DNA from: an uncultured bacterium
GTDB taxonomy: Bacteria > Chloroflexota > UBA5177 > JANWHV01
Assembly: GCA_963729625.1 (NCBI GenBank)
Contig: CAVSOU010000011.1
Coordinates: 96,001-160,000, forward strand
Length of the DNA stretch: 64,000 nucleotides
Reading direction: 5' to 3'
Position numbers and translations under genes: made by a program. Position 1 is the first letter of the stretch. Each line of letters starts with the position of its first letter. This document shows positions 29,066 through 38,391 of the stretch, piece after piece. The notes beneath the pieces are model-generated. The model had not been told where the DNA came from and ran no database searches. It was given only the letters and a program-made list of their open reading frames with translations.

Positions 29066-29363
29066 CAGGCACTGGCTCAAATGCGTGCACGGTCAGGGCA
29101 GGGTTCTGCAGCTTGGCGAAGAGCGAGAACAACCCGACGTTGGCGCCCACGTCAAAGACGTAGCGGCAGTCGGCGAGCGAGAGGCCGGAGCCCAGGTAGT
29201 CCTGCCAAAGAAAGATCTCGTTGTAGATAGCGGCCGTCTCGATATGTCCTTCGCGGCTGTAGCAGCGGAAGCCGTCCGGAAAGGTGAGCAGGCTGAGCCC
29301 GTCAGCGGCTGCATCGATCGCACACGGCATGGCGGCGATGTACAGTTCCTTGGGGCGATGCAA
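29066..29363 (-). pseudogene. N-terminal fragment of FkbM-family methyltransferase
   Basis: IYNEIF...VFDVGANVGLFSLF...VHAFEPVP, then truncated. Confidence 0.75.
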
Positions 29364-29440
29364 GGCCAGGCTGACAGGATCTCAAGCACGACGACGACGA
29401 ACCAACGCGCGAAGGCCAGAGCTGCCCATGCACCTCTGGC

Positions 29441-29998
29441 CTACCACGTCTCCTCGCCGAAGTACAACGGCGTGCTCCCGAACGCATCGCGGGCACGTTG
29501 ACCCTTGGACGAAAGGACGAGCAGCATCATGACTTCCCGGCTTCGCTCAGGAGCATTCATGTCCCCTATGAGGGTCGTCACTTCATCCATGGCTATCCAG
29601 CCGCTTGCCGCGTAGAAGTCGCAGAGCGGGTGAGCGCAATACAAGATGCCGAGATCGGCGTCGGTCGCCCGGATGTACGCCGTGCCTGCCTCGACAATCC
29701 GCCGACCATAGCCCAGATCGCGGAAGGACGGATACGTGAACACGTCGCACAGTCCCGCCACCGTGTACGTCTCGCCGGCGTGCTCGAGGGTCTTCCATCG
29801 CACCTCGGTATGGCCGATCAACACGCCTTCCTCCACGAGCACGATGTGCCGCGTCCGTGCAGGGTCGGAGCTGATCCAGGTGCGCAGTCGATTCGGACCG
29901 CAGAACCCCTCCGGCCAGACCACGCGCAGGAATGAGACGATCTGGCAGTGCAGCGCGGCCGGCAACGTCTCGCTAGTATACAGCTGCTGCTCGACCAT
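29441..29998 (-). CDS. GNAT-family N-acetyltransferase
   Basis: VFTYPSFRDLGYGRRIV motif A, DFYAASGW; GGAGG RBS. Confidence 0.85.
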   Translation of the reverse strand: MVEQQLYTSETLPAALHCQIVSFLRVVWPEGFCGPNRLRTWISSDPARTRHIVLVEEGVLIGHTEVRWKTLEHAGETYTVAGLCDVFTYPSFRDLGYGRRIVEAGTAYIRATDADLGILYCAHPLCDFYAASGWIAMDEVTTLIGDMNAPERSREVMMLLVLSSKGQRARDAFGSTPLYFGEETW

Positions 29999-30581
29999 GG
30001 TCCTCCGCTTGGGGCAAGCACGACGGGCCGTCGGCATCCTAAGGCTCAGTATAGCCACACCCGCGAAGCGAGCTGGACCACGACCCCCTGTGTGTGGCAC
30101 AGGCACGTTTCACGGAGAATTGATCAGGCGACTCGGTGGAAATCACATTGGATCGAACGCCTCGGCCAGTGCCGGAAAGACCTCTCCAACCTTGGTGCAA
30201 CATGCCTTTGCCCTAAACGGCACTGTGCTTGCTCCGCCGGCCACTGCATTTCTATTCGGCAACCTCAGGCATACGAGTTGCCCTGTTTTGGGCAGACGGA
30301 TGCTACACATGGTCATCGAATGCACAACGCGTGATGACGGCGCAAAGCCTTACATGGCATGACCTCACTGGCCACCGAGATCGTGCAGGCTGGCCGTTCC
30401 AAGGCCTGTGCAAGATCACGCTACCCAAAACACGCTCAACGCCTCAACTTGGACATGTCGCTTGATCCTGCATGTTACGCTATCAGTGGTCAAGCCGGTA
30501 CGCTCTCGCCGTGTGTGCGGCGAAAGAATCGTTGTGCTTGTCGCGCTGCCGGAGATTGGCACGCGAGCTGGAGGTATGTCC

Positions 30582-31457
30582 ATGCTGGTCGGCACGGCGT
30601 CTGTCAATTGGGGCTTCGACCCACTGTACTACTGGACCAATCCACCCTCGTTCGAGCAGATGCTGGGCGAGATGGCCGAGAGCGGCTACGCCGGCACCGA
30701 GATAAGCTACCATTTCCCTACCGATATACCTGCGCTGACGGCGGATCTCGCCCGGCACGGGCTCCTGGCGGGAGCCACGTTCCACGAAGTCGAATTGCTG
30801 GATCCCGCACGGCATGATGCCGAGCTTGCACGTGTCGTTCCCGTGGCCGATCGGCTACAGGCGTTGGGCTGCGATGTGCTAATTCTGGCCGACCACACCT
30901 CACCGGAGCGCTTGGCCGTAGCGGGCCGAGTCAATCCCGATGGCAGCGACGGGCTCGATGAAGACCGCTGGCAGAGCCTCGCGACAGGCTTGAACCGCAT
31001 CGGGAAGCTGCTGCGTGATCGCCACATGCGCGCCGTGTTCCATCCGCATGTGGGCACCTACGTGGAGACGCGCGAGGAGATCGACCGCCTCTGCGCGTTC
31101 ACCGATCCGGAGCTGCTCGGCCTGTGCCCGGATACGGGCCACCTCGCGTACGCCGGAGCCGACGCCGAGTCGGTCTTCGTGGACTATGCATCGCGAGTCT
31201 GGTACGTGCACCTCAAGGATGTCGACGCCGGGAAGCTCGACTACGTGCGTGCCGAACGCATGGACTTTGCCGCAGCGGTCAAGAGCGAGCTCTTCGTTCC
31301 TCTCGGCGATGGGTGTGTGGACATGGATCGCATCTTCGGCTCCCTGCGAGAGGTGAGCTATGACGGGTGGATCATCGTCGAGCAGGATGCGCCGTCCGAT
31401 CCGCTGTACGCCGCGAAGAAGAGCAGAGCGTTTCTGAGGGATAGGTTCGGGCTTTAG
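30582..31457 (+). CDS. IolE-like sugar-phosphate isomerase/epimerase (TIM barrel)
   Basis: GYAGTE, FHPHVGTYVE, CPDTGH, VHLKD, FVPLGDG, WIIVEQD; GGAGG RBS. Confidence 0.85.
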   Translation: MLVGTASVNWGFDPLYYWTNPPSFEQMLGEMAESGYAGTEISYHFPTDIPALTADLARHGLLAGATFHEVELLDPARHDAELARVVPVADRLQALGCDVLILADHTSPERLAVAGRVNPDGSDGLDEDRWQSLATGLNRIGKLLRDRHMRAVFHPHVGTYVETREEIDRLCAFTDPELLGLCPDTGHLAYAGADAESVFVDYASRVWYVHLKDVDAGKLDYVRAERMDFAAAVKSELFVPLGDGCVDMDRIFGSLREVSYDGWIIVEQDAPSDPLYAAKKSRAFLRDRFGL

Positions 31458-31687
31458 GCATAGCAACGCCGCCGATGCTCGTGAGCGTGAGCAACCGGAG
31501 GTCCGGTTCCTGCTGCAGCGCCCGTCCGGCCCCGCTCCCCTGTTCTCATCCCGGCAGTGCGTTAAGCGCCACCGGCGGCGCTGCGAACGAATCCGGGACC
31601 TTGCCGACCGCTCGCGGAGCGCAGCGGCCGGGAGCGTCGCGATTGGAAGACCTTCGCTGCTCACCCCGTTCAGTGCAGTCAGAGGAG

Positions 31688-31737
31688 CAGCACATGGTGG
31701 GCACCGAGCAAGGAGTTCCCGGGTGCCCACCGTGCTG
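31688..31737. terminator. Long hairpin between convergent genes
   Basis: CAGCAC..GGTGGGCACC...GGTGCCCACCGTGCTG. Confidence 0.55.
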
Positions 31738-31748
31738 TGATGAGCGCC

Positions 31749-32696
31749 TCAGGATGCGGGCGGGGCGAAGACGATGGGGCGGAGGAATTCGGCCGCCTTG
31801 CGCGTCCCTTCCTCAAGGCCCATCAGCGGATCCTCGTGCTCGATGCTCAGCACCCCGTCATAGCCGGTCATGGCCAGCACGCTAATGAAGTCCCGCCACC
31901 AGCCGGCGTCGTGCCCGTAGCCCACGGCGCGGAAGACCCACGACATGCGATCGGGCACCGCGGGAAGTGTGGTATCCAGGCAGCCGTTGACGGCGGTGTT
32001 GCGCGGATCGACCCGCGTATCCTTGGCATGCACGTGGGCAATGGCAGAACCGAGCGCGCGCACAACCTCCAACGGATCCATCCCCTGCCACCACAGATGA
32101 CTGGGATCGAGATTGGCACAGATGGTCTTGCCCACAGCCTCGCGCAGGCGCAGCATCGAGGCGGTGTTGTAGACGCTCATGCCGGGATGCATCTCGAAGC
32201 ACAGGAGGACGCCGTGCTCTCGGGCGAGGACAGCAGTCTCAGTCCAGAAGGGCAGGATCACCTCATTCCATTGCCAGGCCAAGAGCTCGGCGAAGTGGTC
32301 CGGCCAGGTGAACGTGACCCAGTTTGGGTGGTCGGCACCACCCGGTGCGCCGGGACAGCCGCTCATGGTCACGACGCGATCCAGGCCAAGTGCTCCAGCG
32401 AGCCGGACGGTGTCGCGGATAACCTCGGCATCGTGCCGCGCCATCTCCGCAACGGGGTGAAGCGGGTTACCGCTGCAATTGAGGGCACTGAGCACCAGGC
32501 CGCGCCGGCTGAGATCGTCGAGCAGGTGCTTGCGCGCACCAGCGTCCTCGAGCATGTGGCGCAGATCGAGGTGCGGGGCGGGCGAGAAGTTTCCGGCGCC
32601 GATCTCCACGGCCTCAATGCCCCATTCGACGTAGCGGTCGAGCGATTCGTCCAGCGAGAGGTTCAGGGTGCTGTCGGTGAACACGCCGATGCGCAT
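31749..32696 (-). CDS. Sugar-phosphate isomerase/epimerase (xylose isomerase-like TIM barrel)
   Basis: NCSGNPLHP, MSGCPG, EMHPG, NLDPSHLWWQG, HVHAKD, SIEHED; GAAGGAG RBS. Confidence 0.88.
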   Translation of the reverse strand: MRIGVFTDSTLNLSLDESLDRYVEWGIEAVEIGAGNFSPAPHLDLRHMLEDAGARKHLLDDLSRRGLVLSALNCSGNPLHPVAEMARHDAEVIRDTVRLAGALGLDRVVTMSGCPGAPGGADHPNWVTFTWPDHFAELLAWQWNEVILPFWTETAVLAREHGVLLCFEMHPGMSVYNTASMLRLREAVGKTICANLDPSHLWWQGMDPLEVVRALGSAIAHVHAKDTRVDPRNTAVNGCLDTTLPAVPDRMSWVFRAVGYGHDAGWWRDFISVLAMTGYDGVLSIEHEDPLMGLEEGTRKAAEFLRPIVFAPPAS

Positions 32697-32750
32697 GTGG
32701 GTCTCCTTCTCATTCACTTGGCGACGTAGCCAGCAATGGCCGGCGCCATT

Positions 32751-33821
32751 TCAGCAGCGAAGCGCTTTGAGCATGGCAATGGCCTGGGCCACGTCCTCTT
32801 TGCCCTCGGCGCCGTCAGTCAGCGGGTGAGTGCCGTGAACCACGCAGTCGTGGAAGTGCAGCAGCTCCTGCTTGAATGCCTCCTCGAAGTTGGCAAGGTG
32901 CTCGCTCCGGGTATAGACGCCCTCGTCCATGACCTCCAGCACCACCGGAGTGGGCACGCTCTTGAGGAACGGCGAGGGGAAGTGGATACCCAGTCTGCCG
33001 TCGATCGCCAGGAGCGATATGTCCTCCCGGTAGTTGCGCACATCGTCCAGGAAAGTCCAGGTGAGCACGGCCCTCACGTCCTTGCCGTAGCGGAGCATGC
33101 TCATCACCGCGTTGCCATCGGCCCATATCTCCGTGCTCAGGACCTCGTCGGGCGCGCCCAGCAGCCCGCGCAGGGCATTGATGTCGTGGATGATGCTGCC
33201 CAGCAACACCTCCGCGTAGGCAAACTCGATGGACGCTGGCACCTCTCCCACTGCCTCGCGCACCAGAGCCGACTGCTCGGCCCGCAGCCGATCCAGGGTG
33301 GTCGTCGGCACGTCGGCGGCGCGGCGTAGCCCGTGGTGCTCCAAATACTGCGGCTCCGATGGATGCCAGATGTGCACCTCCACCGCGCGCAACCCGCGCA
33401 GACGCGGCAGCACTCGTTGCGCGAAACGGTAGCCAGGATCGTAGCGCTTCATGTAGGCCACCATGAGCGTCACGCGGGCGGCCTCGGCGGCGGTGATCAT
33501 CTCGTCGGCTTCGCGCAGGGTGAAGCACATCGGCTTCTCCACCAGGATATGTCTGCCGGCCTGAGCGGCGGCGACTGCCGCGGCCGCGTGCGAGCCGGGC
33601 GTCAGGATCAGCACGGCATCCAGATCGTGGCGCACCAACTCCCGAAAGTCGGCGTAGCGAGCGGACACGCCATAGTGGTCGCCGACGGCATCGAGCACGC
33701 CGGGCGAGATATCGCAGAGAGCGGTAATGGCGAACCTATCGTCCAGCTCCCGCAGGTAAGGCAGGTGCATAACCTGCGCAACGCCGCCGCAGCCGATCAC
33801 GCCCACGCGCACACGATCCAT
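32751..33821 (-). CDS. Gfo/Idh/MocA-family oxidoreductase
   Basis: VGVIGCGGVAQ..HLP, VEKP, MVAYMKRYDP, SIIHD. Confidence 0.9.
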   Translation of the reverse strand: MDRVRVGVIGCGGVAQVMHLPYLRELDDRFAITALCDISPGVLDAVGDHYGVSARYADFRELVRHDLDAVLILTPGSHAAAAVAAAQAGRHILVEKPMCFTLREADEMITAAEAARVTLMVAYMKRYDPGYRFAQRVLPRLRGLRAVEVHIWHPSEPQYLEHHGLRRAADVPTTTLDRLRAEQSALVREAVGEVPASIEFAYAEVLLGSIIHDINALRGLLGAPDEVLSTEIWADGNAVMSMLRYGKDVRAVLTWTFLDDVRNYREDISLLAIDGRLGIHFPSPFLKSVPTPVVLEVMDEGVYTRSEHLANFEEAFKQELLHFHDCVVHGTHPLTDGAEGKEDVAQAIAMLKALRC

Positions 33822-34233
33822 CAAGATACTCCCTCTTGCTTCTCCACTGCCGGCATCGGGACGGCGGTACAGCCGCACGAGTGCCGGATAATCAGCTCCA
33901 TTGGTAACAGGGTCTTTCACTCTCGCGGTCCCCACGCTCCTCGGTGTCGCACACCAACACGGTGTAGCCGTGCCGGCTCAGGACAGAGGCAGCGCCGCGC
34001 AGCGCCGCGGCGTAGAAGGGGCTGGAGATGTCGCGTACGATCATGCCGATAGTCTGGCTGCGCCGAGCCCGCAGCCCCCGCGCCAGCGAGGATGGCTGGA
34101 AGCGAAGACGCTCTGCCGCTTGCAATACGCGAGCACGGGCCTCGTTGCTGACGTAGGGTCTCCCGTTGATGGTGCGCAAAGCCGTGGCGACCGAGACTTC
34201 GGCCGCTCGGGCCACGTCGAGCAGGGTGGCCAT
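33821..34233 (-). pseudogene. LacI-family regulator with large internal deletion
   Basis: HTH MATLLDVARAAEVSVAT..., hinge FQPSSLARGL, TIGMIV; then the out-of-frame LacI C-terminus LLPMELIIRHSCG, whose TGA overlaps the Gfo ATG. Confidence 0.85.
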
Positions 34234-34362
34234 CGCTCCGGCGCCGTGCGCGGTGCACGTCCGCGTGGCGGGAGCGGTGCTGGGGGGGCAACCGGGCGCA
34301 CGATGAGCGGCATGCCGGGACCCTGCAGGCGGCATGGCCGGACCGCTCACGTCTGCCACTTC

Positions 34363-35268
34363 TTACCCCTTGATGCCTGTGAGGGCGATGCCCTGTACGA
34401 AGGCCCGCTGCGCCACCAGGAAGAGCAAGATGACCGGCAGCATGAACATCACTGATGCTGCCATCAGCGGCCCCCACGAGATGAAGTGCGCAGACTGGAA
34501 GTCGCGCATGCCGAGCGACAGCGTCCACAGGTCGTTGTTGCCCTGCAGGTAGATCAGGGGGCCGAAGAAGTCGGTCCAGGTGGCGAGGAAGGTCAGCAGT
34601 GAGACCACGGCGATCACCGGGCCGGAGAGCGGGAGGATGACTCCGAGGAAGATGCGAAACTCCGAGGCCCCGTCGACGGTGCCGGCGTCGTTCAGCTCGG
34701 CCGGGATACCCCGGAAGAACTGACGCAGCAGGAAGATGTAGAAGGCATTGCCGCCAAAAGCCGGAATGATAAGCGGCCAGAAGGTGTTGACCAGCCCGAG
34801 ATTGGCGAAGATCACGTAGACCGGGATGATCGTGACCGGATAGGGCAGTAGCATCGTGCACAGCACGATAAAGAAGAGCATGTCACGCCCCGGCCACCGC
34901 AGACGTGCCAGGGCGTAGGCGGGAGGCGTGCAAGAGATGAGCGTGCCCACCACGTTGGCCACGGACAGAATGACCGTGTTGGCCGTGTAGCGAAAGAAGG
35001 GCACGGTGCTCAGCGCTTTCGGGTAGTTGGAGAAGTCCCAGACCAACGGCAGGAAGGTCATCTTGTGGAATGTCTCATCCGCCGTCTTGAACGAGGAGAG
35101 CAGCATCCAGATGAAAGGAAACAGCCAGAACGCGGCCAGGATCAGCAGCGTGATGTGCACGGCGAGCCGGCCGAGCAGCTTCCGGCGGCGCAGCCGTGTG
35201 CCCACGCCCGACGTAGGTGGCACCGCGCGGCTCATCTCGGCGATCTTTGCAGGCGTGGCGTTACTCAC
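34363..35268 (-). CDS. Carbohydrate ABC transporter permease (MalG-type)
   Basis: FLLRQFFRGIPAELNDAGTVDGA EAA loop; QRAFVQGIALTGIKG end. Confidence 0.93.
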   Translation of the reverse strand: MSNATPAKIAEMSRAVPPTSGVGTRLRRRKLLGRLAVHITLLILAAFWLFPFIWMLLSSFKTADETFHKMTFLPLVWDFSNYPKALSTVPFFRYTANTVILSVANVVGTLISCTPPAYALARLRWPGRDMLFFIVLCTMLLPYPVTIIPVYVIFANLGLVNTFWPLIIPAFGGNAFYIFLLRQFFRGIPAELNDAGTVDGASEFRIFLGVILPLSGPVIAVVSLLTFLATWTDFFGPLIYLQGNNDLWTLSLGMRDFQSAHFISWGPLMAASVMFMLPVILLFLVAQRAFVQGIALTGIKG

Positions 35269-35271
35269 CGC

Positions 35272-36201
35272 TCACGTCGATTCGTAATAGACCCAACGCC
35301 GCGCCCCCAGGATGAGAATCAGCGTGGCCACCAGGATCAGCAGGAAGAGCAGCGTGGCCTGCGCGCTGGCATAGCCGAAGCGCGCGTAGGCAAAGAGGCT
35401 ATTCCACATGTACATCACCGGGAACATCAGTGATCCTTCGGGTGCTCCAACCGAGCTGCCGTAGGCCGTGGACGACAGGACCAGGCCCTGCGTGAAAATC
35501 TGGAAGGTATTGATCATGCCCACCATGAGGTTGAAGAAGGTTGCGGGCGACACCATGGGAATGGTGACATGCCAGAGGCGGCCCCAGAGACCTGCTCCGT
35601 CGACCTGCGCCGCCTCGTAGAGGTGCGCGGGCACTTCCTGCAACGCGGCCATATAGATAATCGTCGTGGTGCCCACGGTCCAGAGAAGGAGAAGCACCAG
35701 GCACGGTTTGGACCACGTGGCGTCGGTGAGCCAGTTCGGCTGCGGCAGGCCGACCTTGCTCAGCCCGACGTCCACCACGCCCAGCTCCGGGTTGAAGAGC
35801 CAGGTCCAGATCAGCGTGACCGCCACTAGCGGCATGAAGGCGGGCAGTACCAGTGCCGCGCGGTATAGGGCCCTGCCTCGGATAGGGAAATTGAGCAGCC
35901 AGGCATGCAGGAACGCCACGATAAGCGTCAGGGGCACCGACACCACCACCATGTAGGCCATGTTGAAGAGTGCTTGCTGGTACATGTCGTCGGATGTGAG
36001 CATGAAGCGGAAGTTGTTGGTGCCAATCCAGCGTGGCGGATCGGCGCCGTTGTAGTGCGTGAATCCCAGATAGGTCGTTCCCACCATTGGATAGAGGGTG
36101 AAGGCGACCAGGCCGAACAGGAACGGGGTCATGAACAGCAAGCCGGTGACCAGGTTACGTCGCATGAGCCGGCTCATGTTCCTCCTGCCAGCGCTGTGCA
36201 T
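35272..36201 (-). CDS. Carbohydrate ABC transporter permease (MalF-type)
   Basis: LYEAAQVDGA EAA loop; GYASA; start may be ATG at 36177. Confidence 0.93.
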   Translation of the reverse strand: MHSAGRRNMSRLMRRNLVTGLLFMTPFLFGLVAFTLYPMVGTTYLGFTHYNGADPPRWIGTNNFRFMLTSDDMYQQALFNMAYMVVVSVPLTLIVAFLHAWLLNFPIRGRALYRAALVLPAFMPLVAVTLIWTWLFNPELGVVDVGLSKVGLPQPNWLTDATWSKPCLVLLLLWTVGTTTIIYMAALQEVPAHLYEAAQVDGAGLWGRLWHVTIPMVSPATFFNLMVGMINTFQIFTQGLVLSSTAYGSSVGAPEGSLMFPVMYMWNSLFAYARFGYASAQATLLFLLILVATLILILGARRWVYYEST

Positions 36202-36202
36202 G

Positions 36203-36232
36203 GCCGGGGCGAGCCGAGCGGCTCGCCCCGGC
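36203..36232. other. Stem-loop between SBP and permease genes (mRNA stabiliser-type)
   Basis: GCCGGGGCGAGCCG-AG-CGGCTCGCCCCGGC. Confidence 0.6.
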
Positions 36233-36238
36233 TCTCTG

Positions 36239-37579
36239 TCAGATGCCTGAGGCCTGTTGATCGAGCAGTGCCTGCATATCCTTGGTCACCTTATCCAAGC
36301 CGTCCTTCGCCGACATCCGGCCGTGGAGGACCTTGTCCTCGGTGGTGGCCAGCTCAGCGGCAAACTGCGCGGAGATGGGCAGGTTGGGGAAGATTTGGAT
36401 CTGCGCGACACCGGCCTGGTGCACGAACGTGCGGTAGTAGGGGTTCGGATCGAGGTTGTTGCTGGTCAGCGCTGCCTTGACCTGAGGCACGTTGTTGAGC
36501 ACATTGGCGAAGCTCACCGTGGGATCGACGTTCTGGATCCAGAGCAGGTACTGGAAGGCAGCCTCCGGATGCGGTGCCTTGCGCATAATGAAGCCCATGT
36601 TGCCACCGGCCTCCGCGACGTTCGTGTTGCCGCGGGCCGCGGGCACGGGCAGCGGCGCCACGCCGTAGTCGAACGTCTTGGGATTGCCGTACTGCTTGAT
36701 AAACTGCGGGTTCCACTCGCCCGAGATGTACATGGCCAGCTTGTTGCTCAAGAAGAGATTCTGGGGTGTGCCGACGGCCGGGTTATTGTAGGCGCCGAAG
36801 TGATCGACGTTCGACACGCCGACGGTCTGGTAGTACTTCGCCTCCCAGGCCAGCGCTTGCACGCACTGGCTGCAGTTGGCTGTGATCGTCTTGCCGTCGG
36901 AGCTGACGAGCTGGCCGCCGAACATGTTGATGTACACGGGGAGGTATGTGCCCACGAAGTCGGGCCCGCCGTAGGTCGGCAGCATCGCCAGCGAAGTGAT
37001 TTTGCCGGAGGAATCCCGCAGCGTCAGCTTGTTCCAGAGCGCCTGCACCTCCTCAATGGTGCGCGGCGGCTTGTTGGGGTCCAGTCCCGCCTTGCGGAAC
37101 AGGTTCTTGTTGTAGAGCATCATGTAGCAGTCGGTCAGGTACGGCATGGCCCACACGTGGCCGTTGTACGTGATCAACTGGCGGGCCGAGGACGTGAGGC
37201 GATTGAGGTCGAAATGGCTCTGCTGTATGAACGAGTCCAGGTTATGGACCACGCCGTTGCTCGCCCAGGTACCGACTTCGGCATTGCCGCAATCGAAATA
37301 GATATCCGGCGGTTTGCCACCGCTCTCGGCGGTCAACACCTGCTGCACGGTGGCGCCGTAGGTGGCCTTGACCACGATATCCTTCTGCACCTGATTGAAG
37401 CTCTCAGCGATCTTGACGAACTGGGTGCCCTGGTAGCGGTCCGGCCAGCATCCCGCCACGTTGATCACCACAGGCGCCTTGGCGCGCTGGCCCAGAACGG
37501 GGCCGGCGTGGACCTGCGGCACGATCAGGAGAGCGGCGATGAGTGCAGCGCGTAGTAGCCGTGAGTTGCGTGCCATCAC
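36239..37579 (-). CDS. Sugar ABC transporter substrate-binding protein
   Basis: Signal peptide; PPDI, MLYNKNLFRKAGLDP..PPRT, AMYISGEW, YGVAPLP; AGGAGG RBS. Confidence 0.92.
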   Translation of the reverse strand: MMARNSRLLRAALIAALLIVPQVHAGPVLGQRAKAPVVINVAGCWPDRYQGTQFVKIAESFNQVQKDIVVKATYGATVQQVLTAESGGKPPDIYFDCGNAEVGTWASNGVVHNLDSFIQQSHFDLNRLTSSARQLITYNGHVWAMPYLTDCYMMLYNKNLFRKAGLDPNKPPRTIEEVQALWNKLTLRDSSGKITSLAMLPTYGGPDFVGTYLPVYINMFGGQLVSSDGKTITANCSQCVQALAWEAKYYQTVGVSNVDHFGAYNNPAVGTPQNLFLSNKLAMYISGEWNPQFIKQYGNPKTFDYGVAPLPVPAARGNTNVAEAGGNMGFIMRKAPHPEAAFQYLLWIQNVDPTVSFANVLNNVPQVKAALTSNNLDPNPYYRTFVHQAGVAQIQIFPNLPISAQFAAELATTEDKVLHGRMSAKDGLDKVTKDMQALLDQQASGI

Positions 37580-37767
37580 AGAACCTCCTGTATGGGTCGA
37601 TCAATGACATCGCTCGACGACCAGGTCAGGTTTTACTGCTGCCGCTGACCTCCTTCCTGTGGGGTGCCACCTCCAGTGCCCTCACCAGCGCCGGGATGTC
37701 CCGGGCGTTCGACGCTCCCAGCGGCGGCGCAAGAGCGGACGCTAGCGGCCAAAGCCCGCCCGGGCAC

Positions 37768-37789
37768 TCTCTGGAAACGTTCTCAGAGA
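37768..37789. promoter_or_regulatory. LacI-family operator-like palindrome
   Basis: TCTCTG-GAAACGTTCT-CAGAGA with central CG, directly downstream of the predicted TSS. Confidence 0.7.
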
Positions 37790-37797
37790 TGACTCGG

Positions 37798-37826
37798 ATA
37801 GTAGCATAGGCCCTATGCGCTGTCAA
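37798..37826 (-). promoter_or_regulatory. Near-consensus sigma70 promoter of the sugar operon
   Basis: TTGACA-N17-TACTAT with extended -10 TG. Confidence 0.8.
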
Positions 37827-38292
37827 GACGGCCGCTACCCCAGCCCGGACCCGGAAAAGGTGATAACGTATAAGCACTGGAGCAAGGCCATGATGTATAT
37901 GGAAATCGCGCGCCCGAGCACGCCGTCTCCTGGCGGAGCCATCGGTCGCAAGGGTCAGCACGTGAAGGAACGACCGCGCTATGGCTCGGCGACCTGCTGC
38001 ATGGCGCGCGATCGCGCACGCCGCAAAGCGGACTCATCAAAGACATCGGCCCCGGTATCAAGTGCGACGTCACATCCACGCAATGACAGACAGCTTCCAG
38101 TGCCCCACGGTGCGTGGCCTCTTGACGAGTTTCCATGCACGAAGCCGCATGACCTTTCAGCTGCGGCACGGTTCCTTCGCGCTCCCAGTGTAAGGCGCAG
38201 CTACACGTTGCACACAAATTGGCGCGCGGGCGACTTGCCGGTCGTCTGCCGGACCGTGCCCCGCACTCTGCGGCCGATCGTTGGACAGCGCC

Positions 38293-38343
38293 GCGCATGG
38301 CAAGTGGCGCGCTCCGAGCCAACGTGCGCCAGGGGGACGTGGC
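38293..38343 (+). repeat. 51-bp exact direct repeat, copy 2 (isolated GGDEF-gene fragment)
   Basis: Identical to 28346-28396. Confidence 0.95.
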
Positions 38344-38391
38344 CATAACCTGAAGTCGGTCGAGATCTTGTCACTGAAGCTGGGACACTGC

